Source: an uncultured candidate division Zixibacteria bacterium (lineage in GTDB: Bacteria; Zixibacteria; MSB-5A5; GN15; FEB-12). Taken from it: a stretch of DNA of 64,000 nt. Position 1 is the stretch's first letter, and each line of letters starts with the position of its first letter. A program made the translations under genes and the position numbers. The DNA is taken from positions 3,712,001 to 3,776,000 of the forward strand of contig OY760907.1 of assembly GCA_963664195.1 (NCBI GenBank), read 5' to 3'. Shown one piece after another: positions 19,345 through 29,825 of the stretch. The notes under the pieces are model-generated. The model was not told the origin of the DNA. It searched no databases and worked only from the letters and a program-made list of their open reading frames with translations.

Positions 19345-21678
19345 TTACTTCACGTAAATCTTGAGATTGTGCCCAACACCGATCATATCCGGGTCCGTCA
19401 AGTGATTGGAGGCCAGGATCTTGGAGATTGATGTACGATACTTTTTCGCTATCCGACTAAGTGATTCACCGCGGCGTACCTTGTGGATGATGTAATCCTT
19501 GCCGCCGGTGCCACTCACCGTGAGCATCTGTCCCGGGTATATACGAGACGAACGCCCCATTCCGTTAAGAGAACGAAGCTTGGAGGTCGAGGTCCCGTGC
19601 TGTCGGGCGATCTCCCACAGCGTGTCGCCGGAGCGGACTTTGTACTTCCTGGCATCAGTACTGGCAGACACGCCAGACTTGCCTGAACTGCCTGAGTTAT
19701 TCTTGCCGCCGCTGTCTTTGGAGGCATACACCTTACCGGCGGCAGGCTTACTGTTCTTCTTCAGATTCTTTGCGCTTGACGGAATCTTCAGCTTCTGACC
19801 GACATAAATCCTCGAGCCGCGCTCTATGTAGTTGATACGACGAAGCCCATCGACCGAAGTCCCAAACCCATTGGCGATATCCCAGAGATTGTCTCCAGCT
19901 CGCACCGTGTAGACGGTGCCCTCGGCGGAGTAGCTGGCTTTTTTGGTGCGCGAGCTGCCCGTTCCGCTTCGATCCAGCGGCACCGGCACAATGAGCTTCT
20001 TGCCGGCATAAATGCGGGAACGACGGCTGAGATTATTCGCCTCGAGAACTGCATACTGCGATACACCGTACTTGGCCGCAATAGTGCTCACCGTCTCGCC
20101 TCGGCTGATCTTATGCTGAACCCAGCTTGTTTCTTTCGGCGACGGCATATCATCATAGGCCGCGAGGAACTCGGCTTTCTTACCTCTCGGAACCTTCAGC
20201 GTGTACTTCTTGTAGTTGGGTGGCGTGTAGTTGCGCAGCAGCTCGGGATTCAGGTCCTTCAGCGTACTGAGCTTGCAACCGAGTTCCTTGGCGACTACTT
20301 TCAGGTCTACACAACGATCGACAACCACTTCATCCCAGACGATCTCGTCCTCAAACTCGATGTCAGTGAATCCGTAGCGTTCGGGATCTTTGGCGATGAT
20401 CGCAGCAGCATAAATAAGCGGCACGTAGTCCATAGTCTGCCGTTTGAGTTTCATCTTCCAGAAATCAATCGTTCCCTGTTTCTTGATTGTCCTTCTGACT
20501 CGTCCCGGCCCGCCGTTGTAGGCAGCCATAGCCAGTTCCCAATCACCGAACTGCTCGTACAGATCTTTCAAAAATCGGGAGGCGGCCTCGGTTGATTTAA
20601 CCGGGTCGCGGCGCTCGTCGATCCACCAGTTACGTTTCAACCCGTACAGACGCCCGGTCGAGGAAATAAACTGCCACAGACCTGAGGCTCTCGCCCAGGA
20701 ATATGCTTGCGGGTTGTAACCGGATTCGACCAGTGACAGGTATATCAAGTCTTCCGGAAGCCCGTGCTTGTTCAACGTGTTTACGAACATGCTGCGGTAT
20801 CGCTGAGATCTGACCAGGTACTTCCGGAAGGCGCTCTTGGCGACCGTCTGGAAGTAGATGATCGAGCTTTTCACGCGGTCGTTCATCTTGACCGGCAGAT
20901 CGTACGTTATCTCTTGCGTTTCCTGCTTAAAGACAACCAGAGAATCTGCACCGAGACGCTGCTCCAAGTCACCAAAACGTTCGATCATCACTGACGGCGT
21001 TGCGTCACCCTCGAGCTGGCCGAGCGAACGAAGCGTCACGCGGTAATCCGAAATTACGTTGGACAACAGCGTTGCGTATTTCACTGCTTCAGGAGTCAAC
21101 ACCGAATCTGACTCGATATCGAGACTCGCAAGGATTTTTATGCTCTTTTCAAAATGGTACTGCGCTTCTTCCCAGCTTGCATCCCTGTTGGCTACTACTC
21201 CCATCGAGTAGTACTCCTGCGCAAGGTCAAACTGCCGCCAGATGGCGTCATCGACAGCCGAGGCGGAGTCTTCGTTATCCACTTGACCGTAATACAGCTC
21301 CAGCTCATCGGAGTCCCCGGAGTACAGATGCCTGGGACTGCCACCGGTTTCACCGGCAGATTCGAGCGTTGACGATTGCTTTTCTGGTTCAATTGAAGGA
21401 ATTGACTTGGCCTCAGACTCGGCTTCACCCGTCTTCTGGGCTTTCCTGCCCTTGTCTGACTTGTTAGAACTGTAGGCCAAAATAGGGGACGAATCCGGTT
21501 CATCCGAAACATCAGATGTAGTCGTATCCGCCGTGGAAGCCACAGCTGACCGTTCCTGACCAGCTAACCCGTTGACGACCGGTCCGTTACAGCCAGATGT
21601 ACTCATGGAGACCGTGAGGGCAAGGATTGCCGCAAAGAGAATCATGATATTTCGAGGAGTGTTGTTGTGGTCAGGCAT
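19345..21678 (-). CDS. mltD: MltD-like lytic transglycosylase with four LysM domains
   Basis: LVESGYNP, ASGLWQF, DERRDP and AAYNGG motifs; four C-terminal LysM repeats (GETVSTIA, GDNLWDIA, GDTLWEIA, GESLSRIA). Confidence 0.9.
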   Translation of the reverse strand: MPDHNNTPRNIMILFAAILALTVSMSTSGCNGPVVNGLAGQERSAVASTADTTTSDVSDEPDSSPILAYSSNKSDKGRKAQKTGEAESEAKSIPSIEPEKQSSTLESAGETGGSPRHLYSGDSDELELYYGQVDNEDSASAVDDAIWRQFDLAQEYYSMGVVANRDASWEEAQYHFEKSIKILASLDIESDSVLTPEAVKYATLLSNVISDYRVTLRSLGQLEGDATPSVMIERFGDLEQRLGADSLVVFKQETQEITYDLPVKMNDRVKSSIIYFQTVAKSAFRKYLVRSQRYRSMFVNTLNKHGLPEDLIYLSLVESGYNPQAYSWARASGLWQFISSTGRLYGLKRNWWIDERRDPVKSTEAASRFLKDLYEQFGDWELAMAAYNGGPGRVRRTIKKQGTIDFWKMKLKRQTMDYVPLIYAAAIIAKDPERYGFTDIEFEDEIVWDEVVVDRCVDLKVVAKELGCKLSTLKDLNPELLRNYTPPNYKKYTLKVPRGKKAEFLAAYDDMPSPKETSWVQHKISRGETVSTIAAKYGVSQYAVLEANNLSRRSRIYAGKKLIVPVPLDRSGTGSSRTKKASYSAEGTVYTVRAGDNLWDIANGFGTSVDGLRRINYIERGSRIYVGQKLKIPSSAKNLKKNSKPAAGKVYASKDSGGKNNSGSSGKSGVSASTDARKYKVRSGDTLWEIARQHGTSTSKLRSLNGMGRSSRIYPGQMLTVSGTGGKDYIIHKVRRGESLSRIAKKYRTSISKILASNHLTDPDMIGVGHNLKIYVK

Positions 21679-21719
21679 CCATTCCTTCCGTTTCTTGAGA
21701 ATCTGAGTCTTCCCTTACA

Positions 21720-21749
21720 CTATCGGTCCGGTCCACGGGTTCCTTTAGG
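21720..21749 (-). promoter_or_regulatory. Putative sigma28 (FliA) promoter upstream of mltD
   Basis: CCTAAAG...ACCGATAG (TAAA-N16-ACCGATAG), with the same spacing and flanks as the site upstream of flgM. Confidence 0.55.
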
Positions 21750-21825
21750 CTTCTCGGTCTAAGTCATTGCCATATAACAAATAGTAAAAGCTAGTGTCAA
21801 GCTTTTACAGGCTCAGTTGCCTGGA

Positions 21826-22752
21826 TTACTCTCTTCCGGTCCAAAGTCGCTCCACAGCTTTCTGCACCTCGTTTGAGTCCTCACAAAACAGACATCGAAC
21901 TCGATTTCGGAACCAAGTCATCTGGCGCTTTGCATAACGACGGGAGTTCTGCTTGATCATTGCCACCGCCTCATCCAGAGGGCATCGATCCTCAAGGAAA
22001 TCCAAAAGCTCCTCGTATCCGATTACATTCGCAATTCTAATCGCGTCCCCCAGCCCTCGTTTGATCAGTTCCTCAATCTCATCCAGTAGTCCGTCTCGCA
22101 TCATTTCATCTACGCGCGCGTCAATTCGGGCGTACAACACGTCCCGCGGCGGGGACAGACAGACGTACGCATAGCGATACCTGCTTTTTTTGTACGCATC
22201 AGAGGCGGCCAGGTCCGATTTTCTTTTGCCGGTCAACTCGAAAATCTCAAGCGCACGAATCACTCGGACCTTGTTGTTGGGATGTATGCGCTCTGCCTCT
22301 GCCGGGTCAATCTCCTTCAGGCGCAGGTGCATCTGCTCCGGGCCAAGCTCTGCCATCTCCTCTTGCAGTCGAGTGCGGACCGCCCCGCCGTCGTCTTCCT
22401 CAATCTCCACGACACCGTCAGAGAGAGCGCTGAGATAAAGTCCGGTGCCGCCAACCACTAACGGATGTCGTCCGCGGTCCAGAATCTCCCCCGCTGTCCG
22501 GTCAGCCTCGATAAGAAACTGGTACGCGGTGTATCGCTCGCCCGGTTCAATGGTATCCACAAAATGAAAATCGGCCAGGCTTTGTTCCTCGGCTGTCGGT
22601 TTGGCCGTTCCCAGGTCGAGATACTTGATCATCTGTCTTGAGTCTGCCGAGATAATCTCAAGCGGCCAATCACGGGCAAGACTCAGCGCCGTCCCCGTTT
22701 TGCCGGAGCCGGTCGGACCGCAGATGATGGGAATCGTCGTCGGTTCAGCCAC
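21826..22752 (-). CDS. miaA: tRNA dimethylallyltransferase
   Basis: GPTGSGKT, ISADSRQ, VGGTGLY and YAKRQMTWF motifs; GTG start at 22752 overlaps the mutL stop. Confidence 0.97.
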   Translation of the reverse strand: MAEPTTIPIICGPTGSGKTGTALSLARDWPLEIISADSRQMIKYLDLGTAKPTAEEQSLADFHFVDTIEPGERYTAYQFLIEADRTAGEILDRGRHPLVVGGTGLYLSALSDGVVEIEEDDGGAVRTRLQEEMAELGPEQMHLRLKEIDPAEAERIHPNNKVRVIRALEIFELTGKRKSDLAASDAYKKSRYRYAYVCLSPPRDVLYARIDARVDEMMRDGLLDEIEELIKRGLGDAIRIANVIGYEELLDFLEDRCPLDEAVAMIKQNSRRYAKRQMTWFRNRVRCLFCEDSNEVQKAVERLWTGRE

Positions 22753-24619
22753 GTCCGAATTGCCTATCGATATCCGCACGACTGATCTTGACAAAAGTCG
22801 GACGCCCGTGCGGACAAGAATACATGTTTTCACATTTGGTCAACCGCTCGACCAAACCCAGGGCTTCCTGGTCGGTCAAACGGTCGCCGGACATAACAGC
22901 CGAGCGACAGGCAACCGACTGCGCAATCGCCTTCTTGAGATCATAACCGGTCTTCTTGAGCGACCCGATGTCATCAATCACCGCCAGAATAGTCTTCTCG
23001 GGCGATTTCTTGCGTAACACAGCCGGTATAGCCTCAATGCGCACGGTAGTATCCCCGAACAACTCTATTGCAAACCCTGACTTGTTCAAGAGTTCCTGAG
23101 CCTCATCGAAAAGCGACATCTGCTCGGCGTTCAGGTCGACCTGCACCGGAAGCAGAAGATTCTGCGCTACTGCACCCTGATCGTCCATTTTCTGAAGGGT
23201 CTCTTCGAACAGGATACGTTCGTGCGCAGTATGCTGGTCGACTACAAACAACTCCTCGCCCGACTGGAAAAGCAGATACAAATCGCTGAACCGCCCGACA
23301 TATCGCAGAGCCTCGGTTGAAGACGGAGCGTCTACCGCTTGCGGAGTAGCAGCAGTCGGGATGTCGGTCTCGCTGATGATCTCCCCCGTGCTCGTATCAA
23401 CCCGAACCACGTCGGGAGGTGCCGTGTCTGCGGACGCTCCGGGCATGGGAGGCTGGACATTGCGGTACATCTCGCCCAAAAACTCCGTGTTGCCTGCAGC
23501 CCGTTGTCCAATCCCCGGAATCCTATTCGAGTAATCCTGTCTCGCGAAGGGCGCCTGCGGAGCGTGGCCCGAAGGACTAGTACCCATCGGCATCGACGGA
23601 ATTATACCGTCCTGCCGAAGTGTTTCTTTGATCAACCGATGCACCGTGCTGTGAATCTCGCGATCACGCGTCAAACGTACTTCTGTTTTTGCCGGGTGGA
23701 CATTGACATCAATCTCGGCAGGATCAACCGTCAGCAGCAACGCCCCGATCGGGAAGTTCCCGCGCGGCAGCAACTCACCGTAGCCGAGCGCAAAGGCGTG
23801 AGCAATCATCGGCGAATAGATGAACCGCCCGTTGATGAAAATGTACTGGCCGTTGCGATTGCTCTGCACTTGATCCGGAAGGCCGATGAAGCCTTCGAGC
23901 GCAACCGGGCCGACCTCGCCGCTCACAGCGATGAATTTCTTGCCCGGAGCAAGCAACGCTTGTACTCGTTCTCCCAACCCCAGACCCGGCGGCTGCGAGA
24001 AGACCTTGCGGCCGTTTAATTGATAGGTGAAGCCGACCTCGTATCGCCCCATCGCCAGAGCCATTGCAGTTCGCGAAATGTGCCGGGCTTCAGTTGTCTC
24101 CGCCTTGAGAAATTTGCGCCGCGCTGGCGTATTGAAAAACAGATCGCCGACCTCTATGGTTGTCCCCTTCGGAGCCGCGACGGGCTTTTTGGACTGGAGT
24201 ACGCCCCCCTCGAAAATGATTTCTGTGCCACTATCCGACTCAGCGGTGCGTGACACCATGCGCATACGTGAGACAGAGGCTATCGATGGGAGTGCTTCCC
24301 CCCTGAACCCGTAGGACAGTATTCTGTCCAGGTCGTTGAACTCGGCAATCTTCGAAGTCGCATGGCGCGAGAACGCAATCTCGATCTGATCCTCGCCAAT
24401 CCCGCAGCCGTTGTCGACAATCTTGATCAGCTTGCCACCAGATTTCTCGATCAGGATTTCGATACGATCTGCGCCGGAATCCAGCGAGTTTTCCACCAGC
24501 TCTTTCACCACCGAGGCCGGACGCTCTACCACCTCACCGGCGGCGATTTTGTTAATGAGCCTTTCCGGGAGCGGCCTGATCCAGGGCTGATTCTTGTCTC
24601 TATTTTCTGCGGCTGTCAC
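22745..24619 (-). CDS. mutL: DNA mismatch repair endonuclease MutL
   Basis: IAAGEVVERP, GFRGEAL and DVNVHPAK motifs; endonuclease motif DQHTAHERILFE, plus ACR and CPHGRP. Confidence 0.98.
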   Translation of the reverse strand: MTAAENRDKNQPWIRPLPERLINKIAAGEVVERPASVVKELVENSLDSGADRIEILIEKSGGKLIKIVDNGCGIGEDQIEIAFSRHATSKIAEFNDLDRILSYGFRGEALPSIASVSRMRMVSRTAESDSGTEIIFEGGVLQSKKPVAAPKGTTIEVGDLFFNTPARRKFLKAETTEARHISRTAMALAMGRYEVGFTYQLNGRKVFSQPPGLGLGERVQALLAPGKKFIAVSGEVGPVALEGFIGLPDQVQSNRNGQYIFINGRFIYSPMIAHAFALGYGELLPRGNFPIGALLLTVDPAEIDVNVHPAKTEVRLTRDREIHSTVHRLIKETLRQDGIIPSMPMGTSPSGHAPQAPFARQDYSNRIPGIGQRAAGNTEFLGEMYRNVQPPMPGASADTAPPDVVRVDTSTGEIISETDIPTAATPQAVDAPSSTEALRYVGRFSDLYLLFQSGEELFVVDQHTAHERILFEETLQKMDDQGAVAQNLLLPVQVDLNAEQMSLFDEAQELLNKSGFAIELFGDTTVRIEAIPAVLRKKSPEKTILAVIDDIGSLKKTGYDLKKAIAQSVACRSAVMSGDRLTDQEALGLVERLTKCENMYSCPHGRPTFVKISRADIDRQFGRG

Positions 24620-27225
24620 TCGAGGTCCCCTTTGAGTTTGCGCAGGAATTCGTGCGCCTGCACGGGCGTCATGTTATCAAGGTCGGTCTCACTGATCAGC
24701 GCTTCGGTCTTTGAAGGTTTTGCCTCGAACAGACTCGTCTGTACTTTTTCCCGGTAAATGCCACGACCAAGTTCCGACTGATTGAACTTACCCGATTCCA
24801 GCAGCCGAAGAATCTGCTTGGCGCGGTTTATCGTCGCTCGCGGAAGTCCGGCAAGCCGGGCAACCTCGATTCCATAGGAGTCGTCGCACCCGCCGGGGAT
24901 GATTTTGTGCAGGAAAACAACCTTGTCCTCCCACTTCTTGACCGCTACCTGGAAGTTACGCACGCGCTCATAGATGTCAGCCATACCGGTCAACTCGTGG
25001 TAATGGGTGGCGAATACGGTCCGGCAGCGACAGTCTTCATTGATACGCTCGACCACCGACCACGCAACAGACATGCCGTCGAAAGTGGAAGTTCCCCGAC
25101 CGACCTCATCGAGGAGCACCAGCGAGCGCTCGGACGCGTTGTTCAGGATGTTCGCCGTCTCGACCATCTCCACAAGGAACGTCGACTGCCCGCCTGCCAG
25201 ATTGTCCAGCGCCCCGACACGAGTGAAGACGCGGTCAACCAGGCCGATTTCAGCCTTGTCAGCCGGTACGAACGAACCGATCTGAGCCATAATGACTATC
25301 AGGCCAATCTGCCGAAGATACGTCGATTTGCCGGACATGTTCGGGCCGGTGAGGATGATAATCTGGTCGCTCTCGGCAGACAGGTCGATGTCGTTCGAGA
25401 CAAACGAACCGGAGGGTAGTACCGATTCGACTACCGGATGTCTCCCCCCGACGATGTTGAGTCGAGTATCCTCGAATATCTCCGGCCGACAGTATCCCTG
25501 CTCCACCGCAAGCTCGGCCAACGATGACACGAGATCGATTTCAGCCAGAAGGTCGGCGGCCAGGAGGACGTCCCCGATGCGGTCGTTGAGCTTCTCCGAA
25601 AGCTGCGCGTACAATTCCAACTCCAACGCGATGATCTTTTCCTCAGCGGCGAAAATCAGCTCTTCCTTCTCTTTCAACTTCGGCGTGACATACCGCTCCG
25701 CATTCACCAGCGTCTGCTTGCGAATGTAATGCTCGGGGACACCCCTGGTGTTGGCGTGCGTGATCTCAAGATAATATCCAAACACTTTGTTGAAGCCAAC
25801 CTTGAGTGTCGCAATCCCCGTTGCCGCCCGTTCGGTTTCCTGAAGCGAGCCGATGTAATCGCGCGCTGATCTGATCGAATCGTTCAAATCGTCCAGACGG
25901 TGCGAGTACCCTCGCTGGAATATCTTGCCCTTGTTAGCCAATAGCGGTGGGTCCTCGACGAGCGCCTTCGAGATCATTTCGATCAAGTCATCAACCGATG
26001 GCAGCGCGTCCGCGATTCGCGTCATGTGGGGACTGTGCGCCTTTGACAACACGTTCTTCAATCGTCGCGAGATGTCCAGAGCGTGTCCCATCGAAGCCAT
26101 CGGTCTCGGGCCAAGTTTGCCAATGCCGAGACGTCCGGCCAGTTTCTCCAGATCGGGAAGGCCTTTGGTTTCCTCGCGAACACCGTAGCAAAGATCACGA
26201 TCCCGCACCAACTCTGCGACACCGGTCAGGCGCAGATCGATTTTTGCTCTAACCGTAAGAGGGCGCATCAACGCCTGCTTGAGACGGCGTGTGCCCGAGG
26301 CGGTCTGACAACGGTCGATCACGGATAGCAGCGTGTGCTGTTCGGTTGATCCGGAAATGCTCCGCACCAATTCGAGGTTGCGCACCGTGGAGTAATCCAG
26401 CGACATAATCTCGTTGTCATCGAGTCGAACCAGGCGATTGATATGCGAGAGTTGCTCACGATGGTTCTCCCGCAGATATCTGAAAATGGCACCCGCAGCG
26501 ATGATCGCTTCACGGCACCCGGCTACCCCGAACCCTTCCAGAGTGCCCGTCTGAAAATGATCGTTTAGTTCCCGTTCGGCGGTACGGAGATCGAAATTCC
26601 AGTCCTCGTAGGCTGTCAGACTGCCATCGCCCCTCATTCCGTTAAACAGGGCCGGAAGTCTCTCGGGACCGGATTCGGCGGCATAGAGAATTTCGGCCGG
26701 TTCCATCACGGCCAGCCTTTCGAGCACTCGATTCGAAGACCCGTGATCGACTAGAAACGATCCCGTGTTGATATCGAGAATCGCCAGCCCGAGCGTTTTG
26801 CCGTTGCTGGTGTACACTGCCGCCAGCGATCCGGTGCGGCCGATCGAGTCCTCTCCGTCGACTGTCGAAGTGCCGGGAGTGAGAATCTCGACTACTTCCC
26901 TCTTGACCAGTCCTTTGGCCGTTTTGGGATCTTCGACTTGCTCAACAATCACGACCTTGAGTCCCGCCGCCATCAGTCGTGCGAGGTAGCGTTCAGCCGA
27001 ATGATGCGGCACCCCGGCCAGCGGAATGCGCTCGTTCTTGCCGTGCGACCGAGAGGTCAGTGCGATGCCGAGAATCGGCGCCGCCTTGACGGCGTCATCG
27101 CCAAACATTTCAAAGAAATCCCCCATTCGGAAGAACAGAATCTTGTCGGGGTGTTCGGCCTTGATAGCATGGAATTGCCGCATGAGCGGAGTGATTTTGT
27201 CGGCGGAGTCGGCCTTTTTGCTCAT
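24616..27225 (-). CDS. mutS: DNA mismatch repair protein MutS
   Basis: FFRMGDFFE, TGPNMSGKST, STFLVEM, DEVGRGTS and SYGIEVARLAG motifs. Confidence 0.98.
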   Translation of the reverse strand: MSKKADSADKITPLMRQFHAIKAEHPDKILFFRMGDFFEMFGDDAVKAAPILGIALTSRSHGKNERIPLAGVPHHSAERYLARLMAAGLKVVIVEQVEDPKTAKGLVKREVVEILTPGTSTVDGEDSIGRTGSLAAVYTSNGKTLGLAILDINTGSFLVDHGSSNRVLERLAVMEPAEILYAAESGPERLPALFNGMRGDGSLTAYEDWNFDLRTAERELNDHFQTGTLEGFGVAGCREAIIAAGAIFRYLRENHREQLSHINRLVRLDDNEIMSLDYSTVRNLELVRSISGSTEQHTLLSVIDRCQTASGTRRLKQALMRPLTVRAKIDLRLTGVAELVRDRDLCYGVREETKGLPDLEKLAGRLGIGKLGPRPMASMGHALDISRRLKNVLSKAHSPHMTRIADALPSVDDLIEMISKALVEDPPLLANKGKIFQRGYSHRLDDLNDSIRSARDYIGSLQETERAATGIATLKVGFNKVFGYYLEITHANTRGVPEHYIRKQTLVNAERYVTPKLKEKEELIFAAEEKIIALELELYAQLSEKLNDRIGDVLLAADLLAEIDLVSSLAELAVEQGYCRPEIFEDTRLNIVGGRHPVVESVLPSGSFVSNDIDLSAESDQIIILTGPNMSGKSTYLRQIGLIVIMAQIGSFVPADKAEIGLVDRVFTRVGALDNLAGGQSTFLVEMVETANILNNASERSLVLLDEVGRGTSTFDGMSVAWSVVERINEDCRCRTVFATHYHELTGMADIYERVRNFQVAVKKWEDKVVFLHKIIPGGCDDSYGIEVARLAGLPRATINRAKQILRLLESGKFNQSELGRGIYREKVQTSLFEAKPSKTEALISETDLDNMTPVQAHEFLRKLKGDLE

Positions 27226-28217
27226 CGCGTGACAACCTGGAACGGTTCACCGTGCTCGGCTTCGAGTTGTGTCTTGAATCGCGAGGCCTCGGCGAAATCC
27301 TGAAACCTGCCAACGTAGACAACGTGATATGTCTTACCGGAGATCGTTTTCCTCTGAACCTCGGTCTTCTTGCCGTGTCGACGGAAGACGTCCGCCTGGC
27401 GATTGGCATTTGCCTTCTCGATAAAAACGCCCACTTTCACGGAGTAATACGTCCCGGTGAGTTTTTCGGCGGCATCATCGGATGACGTCGAAGAAGACAT
27501 GCTGCCGAGACGGTCGACGATTTCATCAAGCCCGACCGCGTCGGGGTAACCCTCGCGCAGAAGGTTGTAGAAGAAAACGGCGTCATCGGTCCGTTGCTTC
27601 CGGGCGGCATTCATACCGAGCACGTACAGGGCCTGCGGTATACAGTCGCCTCTCTTGGCCCTGGATATCTTACGCAGCGTCTCCAGCGAGCCAATCCCTT
27701 TGCCACTGGCTCCAAATATCCGCGCCTTGTCGACCTGTCCCCATTGCTGATCGGTTTCCGAAGGATTCTGAACAAGAAACCGGTCGCACTGCGTGAGTGC
27801 CGACTCGTAGTTTTGCTGTGATTCATCGAACAGGATTGACAGGCGAAGCATCTCCGCCTCGTACTTGCCGTTCTCCCAGCGTGAACGATAATCAATCAGC
27901 AGTTCGGAGAGCCTCGACCAGTCTTTCGTCAACAGAGAATACTGAGCGAGACGATAGTAGATTTCTTCCTGGAAGCGGACAGAAACCGAGGCGGACAGCG
28001 AGGCTTCCATCAGGCGTGCTGACTGTGCGGCATCCGGTTCAAGCAGACTCAGGTAGAACAACACGTTGCCGTCGCGCGAGGAGGCAGTCGCCACTGATGA
28101 CAACTCTCGGCGAGCCTCATCCAGCTTTCCCTGCGTGATCAGGTTGTAGATATCAGCACTGAAGGCCGTCGTGGAAACGGCCAGGCCAAGTAAGACTGTA
28201 TATATCAGGCGTTTCAT
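27222..28217 (-). CDS. Secreted TPR-like protein with a C-terminal SPOR domain
   Basis: Signal peptide, helical repeats, and YSVKVGVF...NA...YHVVYVGRF SPOR pattern. Confidence 0.85.
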   Translation of the reverse strand: MKRLIYTVLLGLAVSTTAFSADIYNLITQGKLDEARRELSSVATASSRDGNVLFYLSLLEPDAAQSARLMEASLSASVSVRFQEEIYYRLAQYSLLTKDWSRLSELLIDYRSRWENGKYEAEMLRLSILFDESQQNYESALTQCDRFLVQNPSETDQQWGQVDKARIFGASGKGIGSLETLRKISRAKRGDCIPQALYVLGMNAARKQRTDDAVFFYNLLREGYPDAVGLDEIVDRLGSMSSSTSSDDAAEKLTGTYYSVKVGVFIEKANANRQADVFRRHGKKTEVQRKTISGKTYHVVYVGRFQDFAEASRFKTQLEAEHGEPFQVVTR

Positions 28218-28244
28218 CGTGAACGATTCCGGCCCCCTGTTGTC

Positions 28245-29357
28245 TTACGAGGGCGAACCGGCCGGTGCCGAGGGAGTCGTGGTATCGGAAGCGGACCGAT
28301 CCTTCTTCTCATGACGTCGCCGTTCAAGCGTATTGAAGAGTCGGCTGATCTTCTTTTTCTCCCCCTTCTCAAGGTACACACGGATCAATTCCAGCAAGTA
28401 CAGGTGATCTTGCGGGTAGTCATCAACCAGTTGTTCCCACATTTCCGCGGCGAGGTCCATGTCGCCCTTTTTCTCGTAAAACTCAGCGAGGGCTCTGCGT
28501 GCCTCCGGGTTTTTGGGAGCGTGATCGAGGATTATCTGGCATATATTCTGAATCTCACCAAAACGGCCCAGATCGAAAAACGCTTTCTGTAGCCGGTCGA
28601 TAACCAGGTGTCCCTGATCCGGCACAGCGGTGATCAGTTTGGTCCAGAACGTCACGGCATCATCGAGACGATTCTCTTCGTAGTACGAATCACCAATAGC
28701 GAGATAGGCGCCGGTGAACGTCTGGTCGAGACCGATTGCTTCCTTGTACAGAATCCGCGCCTTGTGATACTCACGTTTCCGCGCGAGCTGCTCACCTTCC
28801 TGGTACTTGTACTTCGCCAGCGGCTTCTTGGACTTATTGGCTTCGAGCTTCAGTATCTGCACCGCACACTCGTAGGCAGCCTCCCACTTCTGGTCCTTTT
28901 CGAGCAGAGTCAGGAGCCGCGTATGCGCCCAATGATTGGACGAATCCAGTGAAATCAACTCCCGGAGGGCTTCCTCGGCCATCTTAGCATCACTCGCAGC
29001 CAGGGAATCCGAGGCCAGGTGACGCAGAATGGCAACCTTGTCTTGAAGGGATAATCCAGGTCTCAGGGCAAGGTCTTTGTGTACCTGCAAGGCCCGTTCC
29101 GGCTGGTTGTTCTCACGGAGTATCTGGCCGAGGCGCAAATAGGCATCGAGGTTAGTGGAGTCTTCCATCACCACCTGACGAAGCTTGGTGAAAGCCGATT
29201 CCTGACGACCGTCGAGTAGATCGCGAAGCGCATCCAGATAGGCCGATGACTCTGGTTTTCCTTTCCTGCGGAAGACCCTCTCGTATCCCAGGTAAAAAGC
29301 GAAGGCAACCATTGCCAGCAGGAGAAATACAAGAATGTAATCAACCATAATGCTCAC
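28245..29357 (-). CDS. LapB-like membrane-anchored TPR protein
   Basis: N-terminal TM, YLDALRDLL and AYLRLGQILRE...ERALQVHKDL as in LapB; adjacent to a LapA-like gene; no C-terminal rubredoxin cysteines. Confidence 0.75.
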   Translation of the reverse strand: MSIMVDYILVFLLLAMVAFAFYLGYERVFRRKGKPESSAYLDALRDLLDGRQESAFTKLRQVVMEDSTNLDAYLRLGQILRENNQPERALQVHKDLALRPGLSLQDKVAILRHLASDSLAASDAKMAEEALRELISLDSSNHWAHTRLLTLLEKDQKWEAAYECAVQILKLEANKSKKPLAKYKYQEGEQLARKREYHKARILYKEAIGLDQTFTGAYLAIGDSYYEENRLDDAVTFWTKLITAVPDQGHLVIDRLQKAFFDLGRFGEIQNICQIILDHAPKNPEARRALAEFYEKKGDMDLAAEMWEQLVDDYPQDHLYLLELIRVYLEKGEKKKISRLFNTLERRRHEKKDRSASDTTTPSAPAGSPS

Positions 29358-29722
29358 CCCTTCGCAAACGGAGACTTAAGCTCGTCATTCTTGCGATCAG
29401 CTCCCTTGAGAAGTTCGGCGGATTCCTCGATCGGTCGGTTGCGCAGAATCGAAACCTCCGACTCAAGCGATCTGATACGTCGCCGAGACGAATGGACCTG
29501 CACCGACTGCTTGATATAGATCGTGACAAAAAGCAACATCGACAGAATCGCGCCGGACACAAACGACCAGAACACGACCGTCACCAGCGGCACGTTCACA
29601 TAGTTCGGCAGGACCGGCTCAAGTCTTACGTCAACCGTCTGGTCGGCCCCGAAGTTGTTATAAGCAAACGCAACAACCAGAAGAACCAGCCCGAGTACCA
29701 GGATTGCCCTTACGGCCCACAT
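29354..29722 (-). CDS. lapA: LapA-family membrane protein
   Basis: Two TM segments (FAYNN...VPLVTVVFWSFVSG) followed by a coiled coil LESEVSILRN. Confidence 0.75.
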   Translation of the reverse strand: MWAVRAILVLGLVLLVVAFAYNNFGADQTVDVRLEPVLPNYVNVPLVTVVFWSFVSGAILSMLLFVTIYIKQSVQVHSSRRRIRSLESEVSILRNRPIEESAELLKGADRKNDELKSPFAKG

Positions 29723-29825
29723 ACGACCTCCGTCGATTTGGCATTCTCAACCATAGCTTTTCAATCTACCACGGGCCAAAACAGGGGTCAACCAAAAAAG
29801 AAATGCCCTTTCCCGTGAGCCGGAC

